This document shows positions 1 to 15,600 of a stretch of 64,000 bases of DNA, in pieces. The stretch comes from Octopus bimaculoides (Eukaryota): the NCBI RefSeq assembly GCF_001194135.2, contig NC_068992.1, forward strand, positions 47,738,610 to 47,802,609, read 5' to 3'. The position numbers and the translations under genes are program-made. The notes under the pieces are model-generated. The model was not told where the DNA came from. It saw only the letters and a program-made list of their open reading frames with translations, and made no database searches. The first letter of the stretch is position 1; each line of letters starts with the position of its first letter.

Positions 1-465
1 TTTATATGCACATGAGTAAAAGATTAAGTATCTTCTGGGATGGAACCTGAAACCATGTGATTAGAAGTAAACTTCTTAACCACATGCTCATGCCTGGGCC
101 ATTGTATTTATACACACACACACACTCACACATATGGAAAATACACGCATGCATAAAATATATATGTACATACACACATTCGTATGTGCACATTCAAACA
201 CAAACACATATAAGAAAGGAAAGCTAACAAATGTATAATTGCTTTAATACATCATTGTGTTTGGTCAAAGGTCTAATAATTTTTAGACCTTTGACAAGAT
301 ACAATGATGTATTTAAGCCACTGTACATTTGTTTGCAGCCATTTCATTGTTGAAATATGTACAGATTCTACATACACAAGGTATTGATTCCTCCTTTCAT
401 CAAACTCGATTTTTGATCGAAAATTACAATGTTTGTCAGTGTTTGTATAGTACATACATATATGC

Positions 466-506
<41 letters not shown>

Positions 507-3500
507 GAGAGGCAGACAAAGTAAGAGAGATACAGTGAGAACGGGACAGACAGAGAGAACGGGACAGACAGAGAGAAAGGCAGGTAAACAACTCCTCGTT
601 AATGTAAAAATCAAGCATCAAATTACAGGTTAACATTATTTATATCTGTCAGCCAACTTACTATTTACATGCAAGACTATTGAAAGTCTGTTGTAATCAG
701 GAGCAGCTAATTACAGTTATCTTAATCTCTAGAGATTATCCGACCACTATCACTTCTGCAATTATATTTCTTTAATACATAACTAGTCTTCTAATTTTGT
801 TTGTAGTCTCACTTCTGCTCTCATGCATGGAAAATACAACAATATTGATGTGTAATATTCAGAGCAAAAGGGCTATATCAGACATTATACAGACTTATCT
901 CTTTATTCAGAGATTTAATGTTATTTTATTTTGTCTTTTGTGGGTAATGTGTTGGATTAAAAACAGTCTAGTTTTGTGCTTAAACCATGGAATAGTCATT
1001 TAATAATGCTCTTTTGTTAGAATATGTAACCCTGATTTTATATACATCTGGTAAATAACAGAAGGAATGTTTTGGTGTTTACACAAAATTTTTATGTAGT
1101 TTTAAGTCCAGAATGTATATGAGTAAGTTATGTGACAGCCATGTCATACAGAATTTGTAATCATGAATTTTTCAATTATTCCACAGATACAGGCATGGCT
1201 ATAGGCTGTGTGATTAAGAAGCCTATTTCCTAACCATATGGTCTCAGGTTCAGGCCACTGCATGGTACCTTGGGTAAGTATTGACCAAGGCCTTGCAAAT
1301 GGATTTTGTAGATGGAAACTGAAGGAAGCCTCTCAAGTGTGTTTGTGTGTATACATATATGTATAGACACACACATACATAGAATGTATGTGTGTAAATG
1401 TATGTGTTTGTGTCCTTGTCTTGATATCACATGATGGTTGTAAATAAGCATCACATCATATAAGTGAGTTTACTCATTTACAGTCTTTCATAGGAAACTA
1501 GTCTAACATGGGGAAATATTACTTTGCTCAGAAACAGATGAGGCTTGGCAACAGGATGGACATCTGTAGAAAATTTGCCTCAACAAATTCTGTATGTGTC
1601 ATGCAAGCAAGTTTGGAAAAGTAGAGTTAAATGATGGTGATGATGATCATGATGTGTGTGTGTGTATGTGGAAGGGTTCATGTGTGTATGTGTGTGTGTG
1701 TGTTAGTTGTCACATTACACAACAGTTGTAAACAATCATCACCCTCATACAAGTGGTGTCCTTTGTTTCCAGTCTTTTGTGCAAACAGGTTCACTCATCA
1801 GGAAATATTATGTAGCTTGGGAACAAATGAGGGTTGGTGAAAAGAAGGGAACATGGCCATAGAAAATCTGCCTCAACAAATTGCATTTGATCCATACAAG
1901 CATGGTAGGGTGTACATTAAAATAATTCAATGTGTATAAACAGATATATGTAAGATGGCTATGGAGATCAGTTATATTTAACACTTTTGTTAACATATTT
2001 TTGTTGAAATATACCTTGGTTTCTGTTGATTTTAAAAATAAGAAAGAATTTAGTAAAATAAATTGGTCATTATTAAGTTGATATTTGGAACATAACATGA
2101 AATTTTGAAGGAAGATTTTAATTTAGTTCTCTTTAAAACAGAAACTTGGTATCATAGAGCTAGAGGCAATATCTGGAGTTTTGGTAAGGCAGTGAGCTAG
2201 CAGAATTGTTAGCATGCTGGGCAAAATACAGAGCAGCATTTCACCATTTTTACACTCTGAGTTCAAATTCTGCCAAGGTTGACTTTGCATTTCATCCTTT
2301 CAGGGATGATAAAATATGTACCAGTTGAACACTGAGGTTGGTGTAATCGACTTGACCCTCATCCTCCAAAACTGCTGGTCTTGTGCCAAAATTTGAAACC
2401 AATATTAGAAGTTTCGATATGAAAAGTGTTTAATACAGATCATTTTAGTAACAGAAAGTTTCACTCAGTCAAGTCCAGTGTGTATAAGATAAGAGATGCT
2501 TATGTAGATAATGTATAATGAAATACATATGATGTAAGTTATACAAAGTTTTATACACTCAAATCCAATGTGCATAGAAGTAGATGTGGAGTAGTTATGG
2601 AGATGATATGTATAATAAAATTGATATTTTCACAAGGACAACTTGGATTGGTAATCCTATAAACAAATAAAATTCATATTTAATTTTGTTTTCCTTGTTT
2701 CTCATATTCCTCATTACAATTTAGGGGTTAGTGATGGAAGGAACTGCATCTTGATGTAAAGAAAATATTGTTCTTAGACACACACAAAAAAAAACCCCAT
2801 CCATGTGGAAAACTGGATTTAACAATGTTTTGTTATGAGAACAATGTTGCTGTTGTTGTTCTTGGTGATGTCAACTCTATTATTGTTGTTGTTGTTGCCA
2901 TTATTATTATCGCTGGTGTTGCTGTTGTTGTTGTTGTTGTTATCATTGCTGTTCTTGAAAACATTGTTTATTTAGTCGTTATTAAGGCAGTGAACTAGCA
3001 GAAGTGTTAGGATGCTGGACAAAATGCTTAGCAGCATTTCACCCATCTTTATGTTATAGGTTCAAATTCCACAAAGGCTGACTTTGCCTTTCACCCTTTC
3101 AGGGGCAGGAAAATAAGCATGAGTGGATGTAACTAACTAACACCCCACCCCTCACAACTTTCAGGCCTTGTACCTATAGTTGAAACAATTATTCATGTGT
3201 CGTAGTTAACTCTGTTGTTTTTTTTGTATCTTTGTTATTGTCATTGTTGTTATAATCATTGTTGTTATTAATACTGATCTTGAAGGTAAGATGTAGAATT
3301 GATCTTACTGACCCAATTCATTACTGGTACCTGGGCTAATTCATCTCCAGGCTTATGAAAAGTTAAATTAACACTTTACAGTATATAAAGCAATGAAACA
3401 TTTATTCTAACACACTATTATTGTTTCAGCCACAACTACCCTTGACGTCTTTACTAGTTCAAACCCCACCAGATGTAGTTTTCACTTTCATGTCTCCAGA

Positions 3501-4192
3501 ATCAACAACATAAACCTAGATCAATGATGTGCCAGATAGGCCACACAGAATTTTTAGTTGGTCACAATGGTATTTGTATGTTTATGAAAATTTTGTATGT
3601 GTACTGATCATGAGATTATCATAATTACACTATTAACTTGACCTTTTTACCCTTCAGTTATACAAAGAGCCAAAAGAAATACCATCAGCCATCTTCCTTG
3701 ACCCTTGAACAGTTTGATCACGCTACTGTTCAGGATCAAAACATTTTTTATAGGTTGAAAGGCTCATTTGACTTTGCAAGGATTTGAACTTAAGTCACAG
3801 AGAGTTGGAATGAATATTGCAAAGCAATCTGTTCAATACGTTAATGCCTCTGCTCAATCATTCCCACCATTACTATATACATGTTCCTTGTGAAATGTCA
3901 AGTTATCTGGTGAAAAATAATCACCTTATAAATTGAGGTTCAAATGGTGATTTGGAGTTATCTTATGAATTGGGGTGATTTTGTTAATTGTGTGGTGATC
4001 TTGTGAGCTGGGATCATCTTTTGAGTATCAGAACATTTTATAGATTTGATCCACAACAGATGCACACACACAGTTCTGGTTTCAATTTTATTATGATGTT
4101 TGTACCAAAACAAATCAAAAACTCAAATCAATCCCCTTAATTTAAACAGCCACCATCATCCCTCCAAATCTTGAAATATATTGGAAACTCTA

Positions 4193-4223
<31 letters not shown>

Positions 4224-5944
4224 TTATTCGTAACAAGACAATAATGAAAAATAGTTTTGAAACCTGTCCTTTGAATTTTAGAAACAAAACAAAAACAACA
4301 ACAAAATTGCTTCACAGAAATATAAATTTTCTGTTTAAATAAATAACTTATAATTGGAACATCCATCCTTTTGATAATTTTATTGCATTTTTTCCTCTTT
4401 TTTGTATCATTTCCACAGAAATATATTTTAATGTTTTAATAAAGTGTTTTTAGAATGTTTTAACAGTAATGTAATGCAATAAGATTAAAACATTGTAAAT
4501 TCTAATTAATTTCTTGTATAAGACACTTTAAACGAGGTCGTTGATTTAATAGATAATTTATTTTTTGGTGGTCTTCGTTAATAAAAGTAATTTAAATGAA
4601 AAGAAATAAAGTATAGTGTGAAATATTCTCTTTTTTTTTTGTGTCATTTGGCTGAATTTTTTCTTAATGTTTTAAATCTATTTTACAATGTTTGTATATG
4701 ACTGTTTGTTGTAATGTAGTGAATTGGCTGTGTTGTTGGAGTATTAGGTTGAATACCTTGCTATATGAGTATCAAACCTCTGCGCTCAGAGATCGAATCC
4801 TGCCAAAGTCAGCTATGCTTTTATCTTTTTGGAGGTCAATAAACACAATATGAGGTAGCGAGCTGGCAGAATGGTCAGCATACTGGGCGAAATGCTTAGC
4901 GCTATTTCGCCTGTCTTTAAGTTCTAAGTTCAAATTCCACCGAGGTTGATTTTGCCTTTTATCCTTTCAGGGTTAATAATTTAAGTACCAGTTGCATACT
5001 GGGGTCCTGCACCTACAAATCAACTTTGTTTTTCATCTTTCCTGGAGTGACAAGCAAAGTACCAATGAACAAAGGTAGATTGATAGAAACATTAGAAGTA
5101 ATACTAAGTTGTTGTTATTTTGTTCTTCTTCATGTTTTGAGTTCAAACTCTGCTAAAGACTATCTGGCAGACAAACTTGAACCCATTGTCCAGTTTAAAA
5201 CCACCACTTGGTCATTCAGTGTCTCTACTACAGTTCACTTTGTCACAAGCATTTGAGCCAAGTCTCTCATTTCTGAATAATATTCTACATTCCTCTTAGA
5301 GAAGCCCTGTAAATGGTTACAAGCATGACACTTCCCTCCTAAGAAATAGAGAAAAAAATTTCTGTGCCTTGTTCAAGGCATACGACAAATGCATTTACAC
5401 AATATAATCAGTAAACCCTGAGCCATTATGCTTTGTACAATATTAATGAAATTATAAAATTATAGTCCTGTTTTGTTGCTTTGGATTTTCAAACTACAAG
5501 TGTGTGTGTGTGCATGTGTTCAATTCCAGAACTGTGCCAGCAAGTGAGAGATAGATAGATTGATAGATGATAGATATATAGATAGAAAAAAGGCTGGGTT
5601 GATAGATAGACAAGGAAAGAGAGATATGGTGGGAGATAAGGGTAGTACGAATAATACAGAGTAAAAGAAAAAGAAATATTCAGACAAAGTGGGCAAGCAT
5701 CTGATTACTATGAAAACTAATGAGATCAACAGAACTAAAAGCAGATGGCAAACAAAACTCCAAAGAAGAGAGGATCTTGGAATGTTTAAGAATAGTTCCA
5801 AACTGCCGACTCATCACTGTTGTGAAGAAGTTGTTGTAAAAGAAATAGTGATACTTAGAATAATTAATGTACAGAAATATATTATTAGACAAAGGTATAT
5901 AAAAAAAAAATAATAACAACAACGAAAACAACAATTCTTTCAAA

Positions 5945-7275
5945 TTTAGGCACTAATCCAGCAATTTCCAAGAAGTGAATCCATTGATACCATCAATCCT
6001 AATATTTGACTGGTATTTCATTTCATCAACCCCAAAAGGCTGAAAGGAAAGTTGACCTTGGAGACATTTTAACTCAGAACATAAAGAAGAAAAACTGCAA
6101 AACATTTTCTTATGATGTTATATAACGAGTCTGCCAAAGTGACACCTTTCATTGGTTCTAATTTAGGTACAATGTTGGAAATTGTGAATGGAGGGTTAGT
6201 TGAGTACATTGGGCCTCAGTACTACACTGATACCTTAACAACACTGAAAGATTGAAAGGCTAAGATGACCTTAGCAGGATTTGAACTCAGAACATAAAGA
6301 GTTAGAAATACTGCACGGTATTCTGGCAAGTTGCTCTAATGATTCTGCCATTATAGCATAGACACAAGCCCCAAAATTTTATGGGAGATGAAATTAAAAT
6401 AACAGGGGTTTTATTTTACTGGACCCAGAAGGATGAATGACCATGTTGACTGTGGCAGGATTGGAACTGTGAACATAAAGAGTTGCAACTTAATAGTCTA
6501 AGGCATTTTGTTTGACATGTGAATGAACCTGCGACCTTTTATCAGCCACAAGGGTCCAAGACATTGAGGGCAATACAAAGGTGAAATACAAAAGAAAGAT
6601 GCAAACAAGAAACAATGGTATATTTAAATGGAGTGCAAGAGTGAGATTGATATCAATGACCAATCAAAAAATAGGTAATAACAATAAATAACAAAAAGAA
6701 AGGAAGAGGGGACAACACAAAAAGTTTCTGATTAAGGCCCAAGGTCAGTAATTTCAAGGAGAGGGGGTTTAATTGATTTCAAAGACCTCAGTACTTGATT
6801 AGTACTTTATTTCAACAATTCCAAAAAGTTTGAAAAGTAAAATTGACCTTCGCAGGATTTGAACTCAGAACGAAAAAAGCCACTAAAATCACAGTGAAGT
6901 ATTTTCTCTACTTTCCTAATACTAATAAAAATAATAATTGCTTCAATTTTTGGCACAAAGCCAGCAATTTTGTGGGAGTGTGCAAGTCAATTACACAACC
7001 CCCAATGCTCAACTGGTACTTAATTTATCAACCACGAATGGAAGAAAAGCAAAGTCACCCTCAGCAGATTTGAACTCAGAATGTAACGATGGACGAAATG
7101 TCGCTAAGCAATTTTCTCAGCATGCTAAGAATTCTGTCAGCAAGAATAACGGCTACAAATTCCAGCACAAGGCCAGAAATTTTTAAGGGAAGGGTTAGTC
7201 AATATCATTGACCCAGTATACATCTGGTACTTTATTTTATCAGTTGCACATGGAGATGATATGCAACGTTGACTT
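5945..7275 (-). mobile_element. Cluster of ~6 degenerate family A SINE copies
   Basis: Repeated aaaggcaaagttgacc / ggatttgaactcagaac motifs at about 6050, 6270, 6460, 6850, 7060 and 7270. Confidence 0.7.
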
Positions 7276-7842
7276 TTGTAGGAATTGAACTTGGAATGTA
7301 AGGAACCAGAAAAAAAAAAAGAAACTAATAATAATAATAATAATAATAAGGGGAAAGATGTCCATGGCAATTATAATAGTGACGACAAAGACAATGGCAA
7401 ACATAATGATATTGATAATGCTGATGATGATGATGATGCTGAAAGCCATATGAAAATGCATAAAATAGAAGTGACACAAGTGAAAATAGCGCATCGCTAT
7501 GCAAGATGAAGATTGCTTTCACTAAAACATGAGAAAGTATGGAACAAAAAAACAAAATAAACAAAAAAGAAAACATACCAAGGAATAAGAAAGAAAAGAA
7601 GAGAAAAGTGGTGAATACTTGTTAAGCAGCAGTAAGATTGGCAAGGCGCCAAACATTGAAAAATGTTCTAGGAATTTTGTACTGACATATGGAGTGAGGC
7701 ATTGGCGGTAACAACAAGTTTCTTTCACATGGATTGAATAAATAGCAGAGATGTTATGAAATAAAAAGAGAAATGCGATGAAAAATTTAGAGCTGATGGA
7801 AAAGAAGCATTGAATGATATGAAGTAATAAACAAACACGGGC

Positions 7843-7843
7843 A

Positions 7844-7911
<68 letters not shown>

Positions 7912-7962
7912 TAATAATAATAATGAGAATAATAATAATAATGACGATGAGAATAATAATAA
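7843..7962. repeat. Long (AAT)n microsatellite at a family A SINE tail
   Basis: Read directly from the sequence. Confidence 0.95.
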
Positions 7963-8198
7963 TCCTTTCTACTCTAGGTACAAGGCCCAAAATTTTTGAG
8001 GAGGGGGCCAGTCGATTAGATCGACCGCAGTAGGCAACTAGTACTTAATTTATTGGCCCCGAAGAGATGAAAGGCAAAGTTGACCGCAGCAGCATTTGAA
8101 CTCAGAATGTGATGGCAGACGAAATACCACTAAGCATTTCACCCGGCGTGCTAATGATTCTGCTAGCTTGCTGCTTAATAATAGTAATAATAATAATG

Positions 8199-8249
<51 letters not shown>

Positions 8250-8847
8250 GTTTAAAACTTTGGCATGAGTGCAGTAGTTTTGAGGGGAATGAGTAAGTCA
8301 ATTATATCAANNNNNNNNNNNNNNNNNNNNNNNNNNNNNNNNNNNNNNNNNNNNNNNNNNNNNNNNNNNNNNNNNNNNNNNNNNNNNNNNNNNNNNNNNN
8401 NNNNNNNNNNNNNNNNNNNNNNNNNNNNNNNNNNNNNNNNNNNNNNNNNNNNNNNNNNNNNNNNNNNNNNNNNNNNNNNNNNNNNNNNNNNNNNNNNNNN
8501 NNNNNNNNNNNNNNNNNNNNNNNNNNNNNNNNNNNNNNNNNNNNNNNNNNNNNNNNNNNNNNNNNNNNNNNNNNNNNNNNNNNNNNNNNNTTCAGTAGTT
8601 TGGCTGCAGCCATGCTGGAGCACCGCCTTTTGCTGAAGCAAATTTGAAAGTCTTTGTGAAAATTACTTAATACAGTTTTTAAGTATTAAAGGATTTTTAA
8701 AAAAATTATTTTTAAAACAAGTTATAAAATCTTTTAACAGGATGTCACTAACCTTTTTGGAAGAAGTCTTTTTTCCTAATGTGCGCGAGCACTTTGAATT
8801 AATCTTTTCAAACACATGTGGTCTTGGTCAATGTGTATATGTATGTC

Positions 8848-8910
<63 letters not shown>

Positions 8911-10533
8911 CAGGCTTCTTTCAGTTTTCATCTACCAAATCCACTTCCAAGGCTTTGGTTAGCCCAAGGCTATAGGGCTATAGTAGAAGACACTTGCCCA
9001 AGGTGTCATGTAATGAGCCTGACCCCAGAACCATGTGGTTGGGAAGTAACCACACAACCCTGTATCAATGCCAAAACGATGAAAGGCAAAGATAAAGTCA
9101 AACTCAGCAGAATTTGAAATCACAACATAAAAGCAGATGAAACGCCACTAAGCAGTTTGTCCAACATGTTAACAATTCTGCTAGCTTGCAGCCTTTTAAA
9201 CTTAATAGTAATAATAATGAAGTAGTTGTATGCTGTCAATGTGACAGTCCCCTGAAGGGAATAATACTACTGTTGGTTAGACCTATGAAGCTGTACAGCT
9301 TCCTGTCGGCCTTGACACATTTCCTGTGTCCATATGTTTACAAGGGGGGGGGGAGACAAGCACCTCCACCCTTGTAAACATAAGTTACAGGGACATAAAC
9401 ATAAGGACACAGGAAATGTAAAGACGGCCTTAAGTGCTACTAAGTATTTTGTCCAGCACATTAACAATTTAGCCAGCTTGCTGCCTCAATAATAATAATA
9501 ATAATAATAATTAATAATTAATAATAATAATGATGATGATATTTTCAATAATGATGATTTCTAATATGTAATATTTCTAGCATATGACTGTATAATTTTC
9601 AACCACTACTAATAATACTATCAATAACAATGACAATGACGACAACAATTTGAAAAGACAATTTGTTCCATTCAATGTATTGTTGGCATTTTGAGAACTA
9701 TTTGTTAGGAAGAAGAGGAGGAGGTGAAGGAAGAGGAGGAGAAAGTGTGTAAGTTGATTTGGAAAACCAATAAAGTAAATAACGCAGAAATAGGTTAATA
9801 ATCAGTTAAACTACAGCAGTAGACTGGAGTGTTACTGAAGACAGATCTGTTTAGAAGAAGATCTTAAGTCCTTAGGTAAAATGGAATGCTTATCAATTAT
9901 TTGCTTGACTGATTCATACAAGATCTTCAGTTCAGAATGTTAAGAGAGAGAGCGAAACAGAGGCAGGAAGATGAATATACAAAAGGAGAAAATGTGTGAG
10001 AGACATAGAGAGAGAGAGAGAGAGAAAGAGAGGGGGATAGGGAGAGAGTAGAGAGAGAGAGCTATTTGAAATATCTAACAAACTGGAATGAGATGGTCGG
10101 ATAAAGAAGCTAAAATGGGTTGGTGCCAAAGAGGGCACAATATAGTCAGCCAACTTCCGAATGATTGATTGGTAGTTTTACCAAAGACAATAGTAGGAAT
10201 CGCCACCAAAAATCTACTTTTCTACTCTCTCTGTATTTTTCCCTAATGTTTTTGTGCGTTTATCTATTTATTCCCTCACCCTGCCTAGCTGGGTTTGAAG
10301 ATTGTGCAAATTCAGACTTTAACAGGGAAAAATAAAGGTCAGAATAGATTATTTTTATACAAAATCTACTCAATACCAAAAGCTGGTACCTAATTATTTA
10401 ACATAATGTTGTTCTCTGAATATTTAACCCCAGGTCAGCCCTCATTCAGCAGCTCTATTTTTAAAAATGGCTCTGTGAAACATCCCAGCTTTTAATACAG
10501 ATTGAACACTATCATTAATGCATTCATCTTGCA

Positions 10534-10760
10534 CAACTCTTTAGCATTCAAACTAGCCATATCTGGCCCAAATACTCTACTTGTTTTGTGTTCAAACTGA
10601 CCAGATCAGAACTCTTGCACTTACCCTGCAATATCATTCTAGAAATAAGCAATCACATCATCAAAATCTCAAAGCTATAAGATAATGCATGATTAATTCA
10701 AAACAATGTGAAGAAATAAGCTTTACATTTGACAGAATACTCTCGATGTCAAAGGGTTAA
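10534..10760. mobile_element. Copy of the ~225-bp TTAA MITE
   Basis: caactctttagcattc ... gtcaaagggttaa; the internal sequence matches the other three copies. Confidence 0.65.
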
Positions 10761-12263
10761 GAAATTATGGTATGATTTCAAGATTTGAGTTTCTGAGAAT
10801 CAGATTCACAAATGGAAGAATGGTGGATCTAGAAATGAAACCCTGGTCATCAGTATTACATTGCAGACAGTGAAATTAAGAGGTTCTATAAGGGACCAAC
10901 TCAGTTCAATTAGCTGTGAGTATGATTTCAAATTTTGGCACAAGGCCAGCAATTTTAGTGAGAGGGACCAAGTCAATTGCATCAACCTCAGTAATCAACT
11001 GGTACTTATTTTATTGACTCCAAAAGGATGAAAGACAAAGTCAGCTGTAGCAGAATTTGAAATCAGACTAGAAGTGAATATGTACCTGTGTTATACTCAG
11101 ACCACCCATTGAAAGGTGTGGCACGACTAAAATACCACAAGTACTTTTGTTTGATAGTAGCTGTTTCTAATTTAGGTACAAGGCCAACAACTTTGAGAGG
11201 GGAGTGGTTAGTTGGTATCATCTGACTGGTACTTATGTTATCCATCTTGTAAGGGTGAAAAGCGTAGTCAACCCCAACAAGACTTGAATTCAGACTACAA
11301 TAACTAGAGAAAATACCACATGGTATTTTTTCAATCATTGCAATGATTCTACTAAATCACCACCTTTATTTTAGGTGATAATGATTTCTAATTTCAGTAC
11401 ATGGTAAGCAATTTTGCAAGGGTAAGTCAATACTATCAGTCCTAGCACTTGGCTGGTGTGTTTATTTTATTGACCTCAGAGGGATGAAAAGCTAAGTTAA
11501 CTCTAGCAGGAATTGAAAGTAAAGTTGACTCCAGTGGGAACTGAATTCAGAATTTAAAGAACCAACACAAATTATCGCAAGGCATACTTTTCTGACACTT
11601 TTATGATTCTACCAGCTCACTGTCTTCGTTTTATTTTTTATTTTGTTTGTAATCATAAAACATTTTCTACCATGACTCATTTCCTTGTAAAAGAACTCTT
11701 TAAACTTTAAACAACTATAAACATGGTTCTTTAAGAAAATTTTTAAAGTGCTTCTGCAGCAAATGTATTGCTCTGATATACACCTGGCCCTGAGGATACC
11801 GAGATAAGGTTCAAATAAAAACACTGAATTGTTTGCTTACGTTTCACCTGCTAACTAAAAATAGAAGAGATTGTTCACAGGTGTGCTTCGAGATTCAATT
11901 AACCTGTATGTAAACATTAAAGCCAGTAGAAGAGTTCTTTCCTTAAATTTTACTTCTGTTATTTCACCACTGTGAGTTCAAATCCAGCCAGGATTAATTC
12001 TTCACTTTCAAATGTCCAAGCATGACAGATGATGCATTGCTTCGGCCTTAAAACTCATCTTCGCCTGCTGAGTGAACTGGAATAATATGAAATAAGGTAC
12101 TTTGCTCAAGGTCACAAGGTGGCTCCCAGATCAGAAATTAGGTCCACAACCATATGATGAAGGACCTATTTGCTAACCACTAGGCCATACACCTCCTCCT
12201 GTACATATGCATGCATCCAAATCTGTGTGGAAATACATGCATATGTGTGTGTGTGTGTGTGTC

Positions 12264-12305
<42 letters not shown>

Positions 12306-12850
12306 CACACACACATACACAGACACACACACAAACACACAAGTGGAAGGACAGAGGGAGAGAAAGAAGGGGGAGTGAATCTAGTATAGAAACATCCAGT
12401 AAATATTCTGCAGTCAACATTCAGGAAACTAATATTTAATATTAGGTCGATATCTTCAGCTTCTTTGCTTAAAATCTCTGGTTTCTCCATAATAACTCTC
12501 TCTCTCTACATATATATATATATATATTTAATAATAAAAGAAACACAGACAGATATTTTAGTGATGGATATAATCAATTTTATCAACCTAAGTACTTCAC
12601 TTATTTTATCAATCACTAGGAAGATGAAACACAAAGTCGACCTTAGCAGGATTTAAGCTGAGATTGTAAACAATCAAGTGAATAACACAAAGTTTATTTT
12701 GTTCAATGATCTACTGATTCTGTATCCGAGCTGTTTGTTTGAGAGGAATGGAAATGGTTAAGTAAACTAGCCCCAGTATTTAACTAGTATCTATCTAGCC
12801 ATCTGTGTGTGTGTGTGTATTTATCATTATATATTTATGTATGTATATAT

Positions 12851-13238
12851 CTTTTACTCTCTTACTCTTTTACTTGCTTTAGTCATTTGACTGCGGCCAT
12901 GCTGGAGCACTGCCTTCAGTCGAGCAAATCGACCCCAGGACTTGTAAGCCTAGTACTTATTCTATCAGTCTCTTTTGCCAAACCGCTAAGTTACGGGAAC
13001 GTAAACACACCAGTATCGGTTGTCAAGTGATGCTGGGGGGACAAACACAAACACACAAACACACATATATATATATATATACGACGGGCTTCTTTCAGTT
13101 TCCGTCTACCAAATCCACTCACAAGGCTTTGGTCAGCCTGAGGCTATAGTAGAAGACACTTGGCCAAGGTGCCTTGCAGTGGGACTGAACCCGGAACCAT
13201 GTGGTTGGTAAGCAAGCTACTTACCACACAGCCACTCC
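12851..13238 (-). mobile_element. Full-length tRNA-headed CORE-type SINE (family B) with internal (TA)n/(TG)n
   Basis: Minus strand ggagtggctgtgtggtaag...ggttcagtccc (A/B-box-like), a CORE-like ggcaccttggccaagtgtctt, and a tail agtaaaagagtaagag. Related copies at 1190-1470, 8905-9060, 19070-19670, 22085-22400 and 32755-33110. Confidence 0.8.
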
Positions 13239-13666
13239 AATATATATATATATTTAAGATTGAAAATAGGATAAAATCTTTCTAAGAATTTATCAAGTAG
13301 TCAGCATGAAAAACCTCATAAGGGAAAAATTATAATTATTCCCTTTAAATATATTAATTTATAATAAGGGCATTACTACACATAAATGCCTCATGCTATG
13401 AGGGACTTTAAAATCAAAACTACCATAATAAATACACAGTGTACCAAACGCTAGGGAATGCAACTCTAGAAGCAAGCTCCTTAAAAAAAGTGTATTTTGT
13501 GCACTAATTATGAAATCATATGATATGCAGCTGAATCTGTTTTTAAGGAGCTCACTTCTAGAGTTACATTCCCTCACATTTGGTACACTGTATTTATTTT
13601 ATAGTTTTGACTTTAAGAGTCCCTCATAGCATGAGGCATTTATGTGTAGTAATGCCCTTATTATAA

Positions 13667-13704
<38 letters not shown>

Positions 13705-13706
<2 letters not shown>

Positions 13707-14185
13707 TGTGTATGGATGAGGACAGCAGCATAAAAGAGTGGCAAGGTCTAATTGTGGAGGGAACCTTTGGAAGGGGTAGACCCAAGAAGACATGGGAAAA
13801 AGTGGTGAGAAAGGATCCTCACTGAGGAAATGACAAAGGACTGGGAGTTGTGGTGATTTGTTGTGCTTGAAGATATGCCAAGCTAAGTAAAATCGCTGTC
13901 ATCCATACATACAAGCTTGTCCTTTACGGGTGCTGGTGCTACATAAAAAGCACCCATACCAGTGGCACATAAAAAGCACCCATACCAGTGGCACATAAAA
14001 AGCACCCATACCAGTGGCACATAAAAAGCACCCAGCACATTCTGTAAAGTGGATGGTATTAGGAAGGGCATCCACAACATACCACAACAGACAATTGAAA
14101 TCTGGACACACCTTGGCTGACCAGCTCCATATCAAACCATCCAACCCATGCCAGCATGGAAAATAGACATATGATGATGATGATC
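13705..14185 (+). mobile_element. RTE-clade LINE 3' end with 3' UTR and (ATG)n tail
   Basis: MDEDSSIKEWQGLIVEGTFGRGRPKKTWEKVVRKD resembles the RTE ORF terminus. The UTR has a 26-bp unit in tandem and ends ggaaaatagacatatgatgatgatg. Confidence 0.72.
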
Positions 14186-15112
14186 ATAGTTGATCAGATC
14201 AAACCAACATTTTGATAAAATATTTGCTTGTTCCATGTCTTGTTGAGCTTGCATTCTTTTGGCAAAATATAAACGATTATCTCAAAAACCTTTCCTTATC
14301 TCCTCATTAAATGATTTCATTTTTCACTCTTATTTAAGCCACCAAATGTTAATTTATGAGTTTGGATTTTATATACTTGGAACTCTGCTCCAATATCTAA
14401 ATATGTTCTAGGAGAGCCAGGCAACAGACTTACAGAAATGTATGTGTCAATAGTTAATATTTAGCCAGCATCTCAAGACAGTTTTATCAATCTCAATCAA
14501 CCATATAAGAAGTGAAACTAGACAAGCTACAATGATGAATGTTATGTAAATGATAGCACTTTTACTGATTAAAACATCAAAAAGCTAAAATACATTCAGA
14601 TAAATGACTGAAATAAGTGGTCAAGATAAAAATAATTGTTTCTAGCATTGGCACAAGAACTGAAAATTTGTTGGAGAACAGACCCAAGTACATATTTTAT
14701 CAACCTGAAAACAATGAAAGGCAAAGTTGACTTCATTGGGATGTGAACTTGGTCATTGATATCTAATACTATTTCAGCAACAAGTATGGAAGACTGAGTT
14801 AGACATGATTTACTTCTATTTGAAGGCTCATCATCAGAATCAGTAATGATATTGCTTCACTATTTACTTCCATATTGTTCAGAAAACATACTAATTTAAA
14901 TGTTTCTTGTTTACTGACAACTTAAATGGTCTGTGAACATTAAGAAATTACATTAAAGAGCAGTGTTTTAAGAGATAATCAGCAAACTGGAAACATCTTA
15001 ATAATTTTTACAGAGTGTCACAATTAATTCAACATCATAATGTACCTATTCATTGTGTCTGTCTATCTAGACATCTACATACACACAGTACACACACACA
15101 CACATATATATA

Positions 15113-15600
15113 TAGTCAACATGTTCACATCATGTTTATACACCCAATCAATATCTACACTATATTTATCCGTACAGTCAACCTCTACACATTATATCTA
15201 TCCAGGCAACACCTATACACTTTGTCTATCTAACTAGCCAACATCTACTCAGCATTTGTCTATCCACTCTACATCCACACACTATCTATCTATTGAGCCT
15301 ACATCAATACACTGTGACTATCTACCCAGTCAATATCTATACATGCTCCCCCTACCTAGTCAACATCAACACAATATACATGTCTATCCAGTTAACATTT
15401 ACCCACCGTTTCTATATATCCAGAAAACTTCTACACGCTGCCTTTTCTGTACCCTGTCAACATCTGCACGCACATATTGTATCTATGTATCTAGTCAATA
15501 TCTACACACTGTGTTCATCTATCTATTCAACATCTACACAGTGTTTCTCTTTGTAGTCAAAACATCTACACACTGTTTCTCCCTGCAGTCAACATCTCAC
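15113..15600. repeat. Degenerate ~28-31-bp minisatellite (consensus ~cagtcaacatctacacactgt.tctatc)
   Basis: About 15 or more recurrences of gtcaa(c/t)atctacac variants at near-regular spacing. Confidence 0.75.

Noticed and set aside
13940-14035. 26-bp direct repeats as a CRISPR-like array
   Set aside because: Contiguous tandem units without spacers inside an RTE 3' UTR, in a eukaryotic context.
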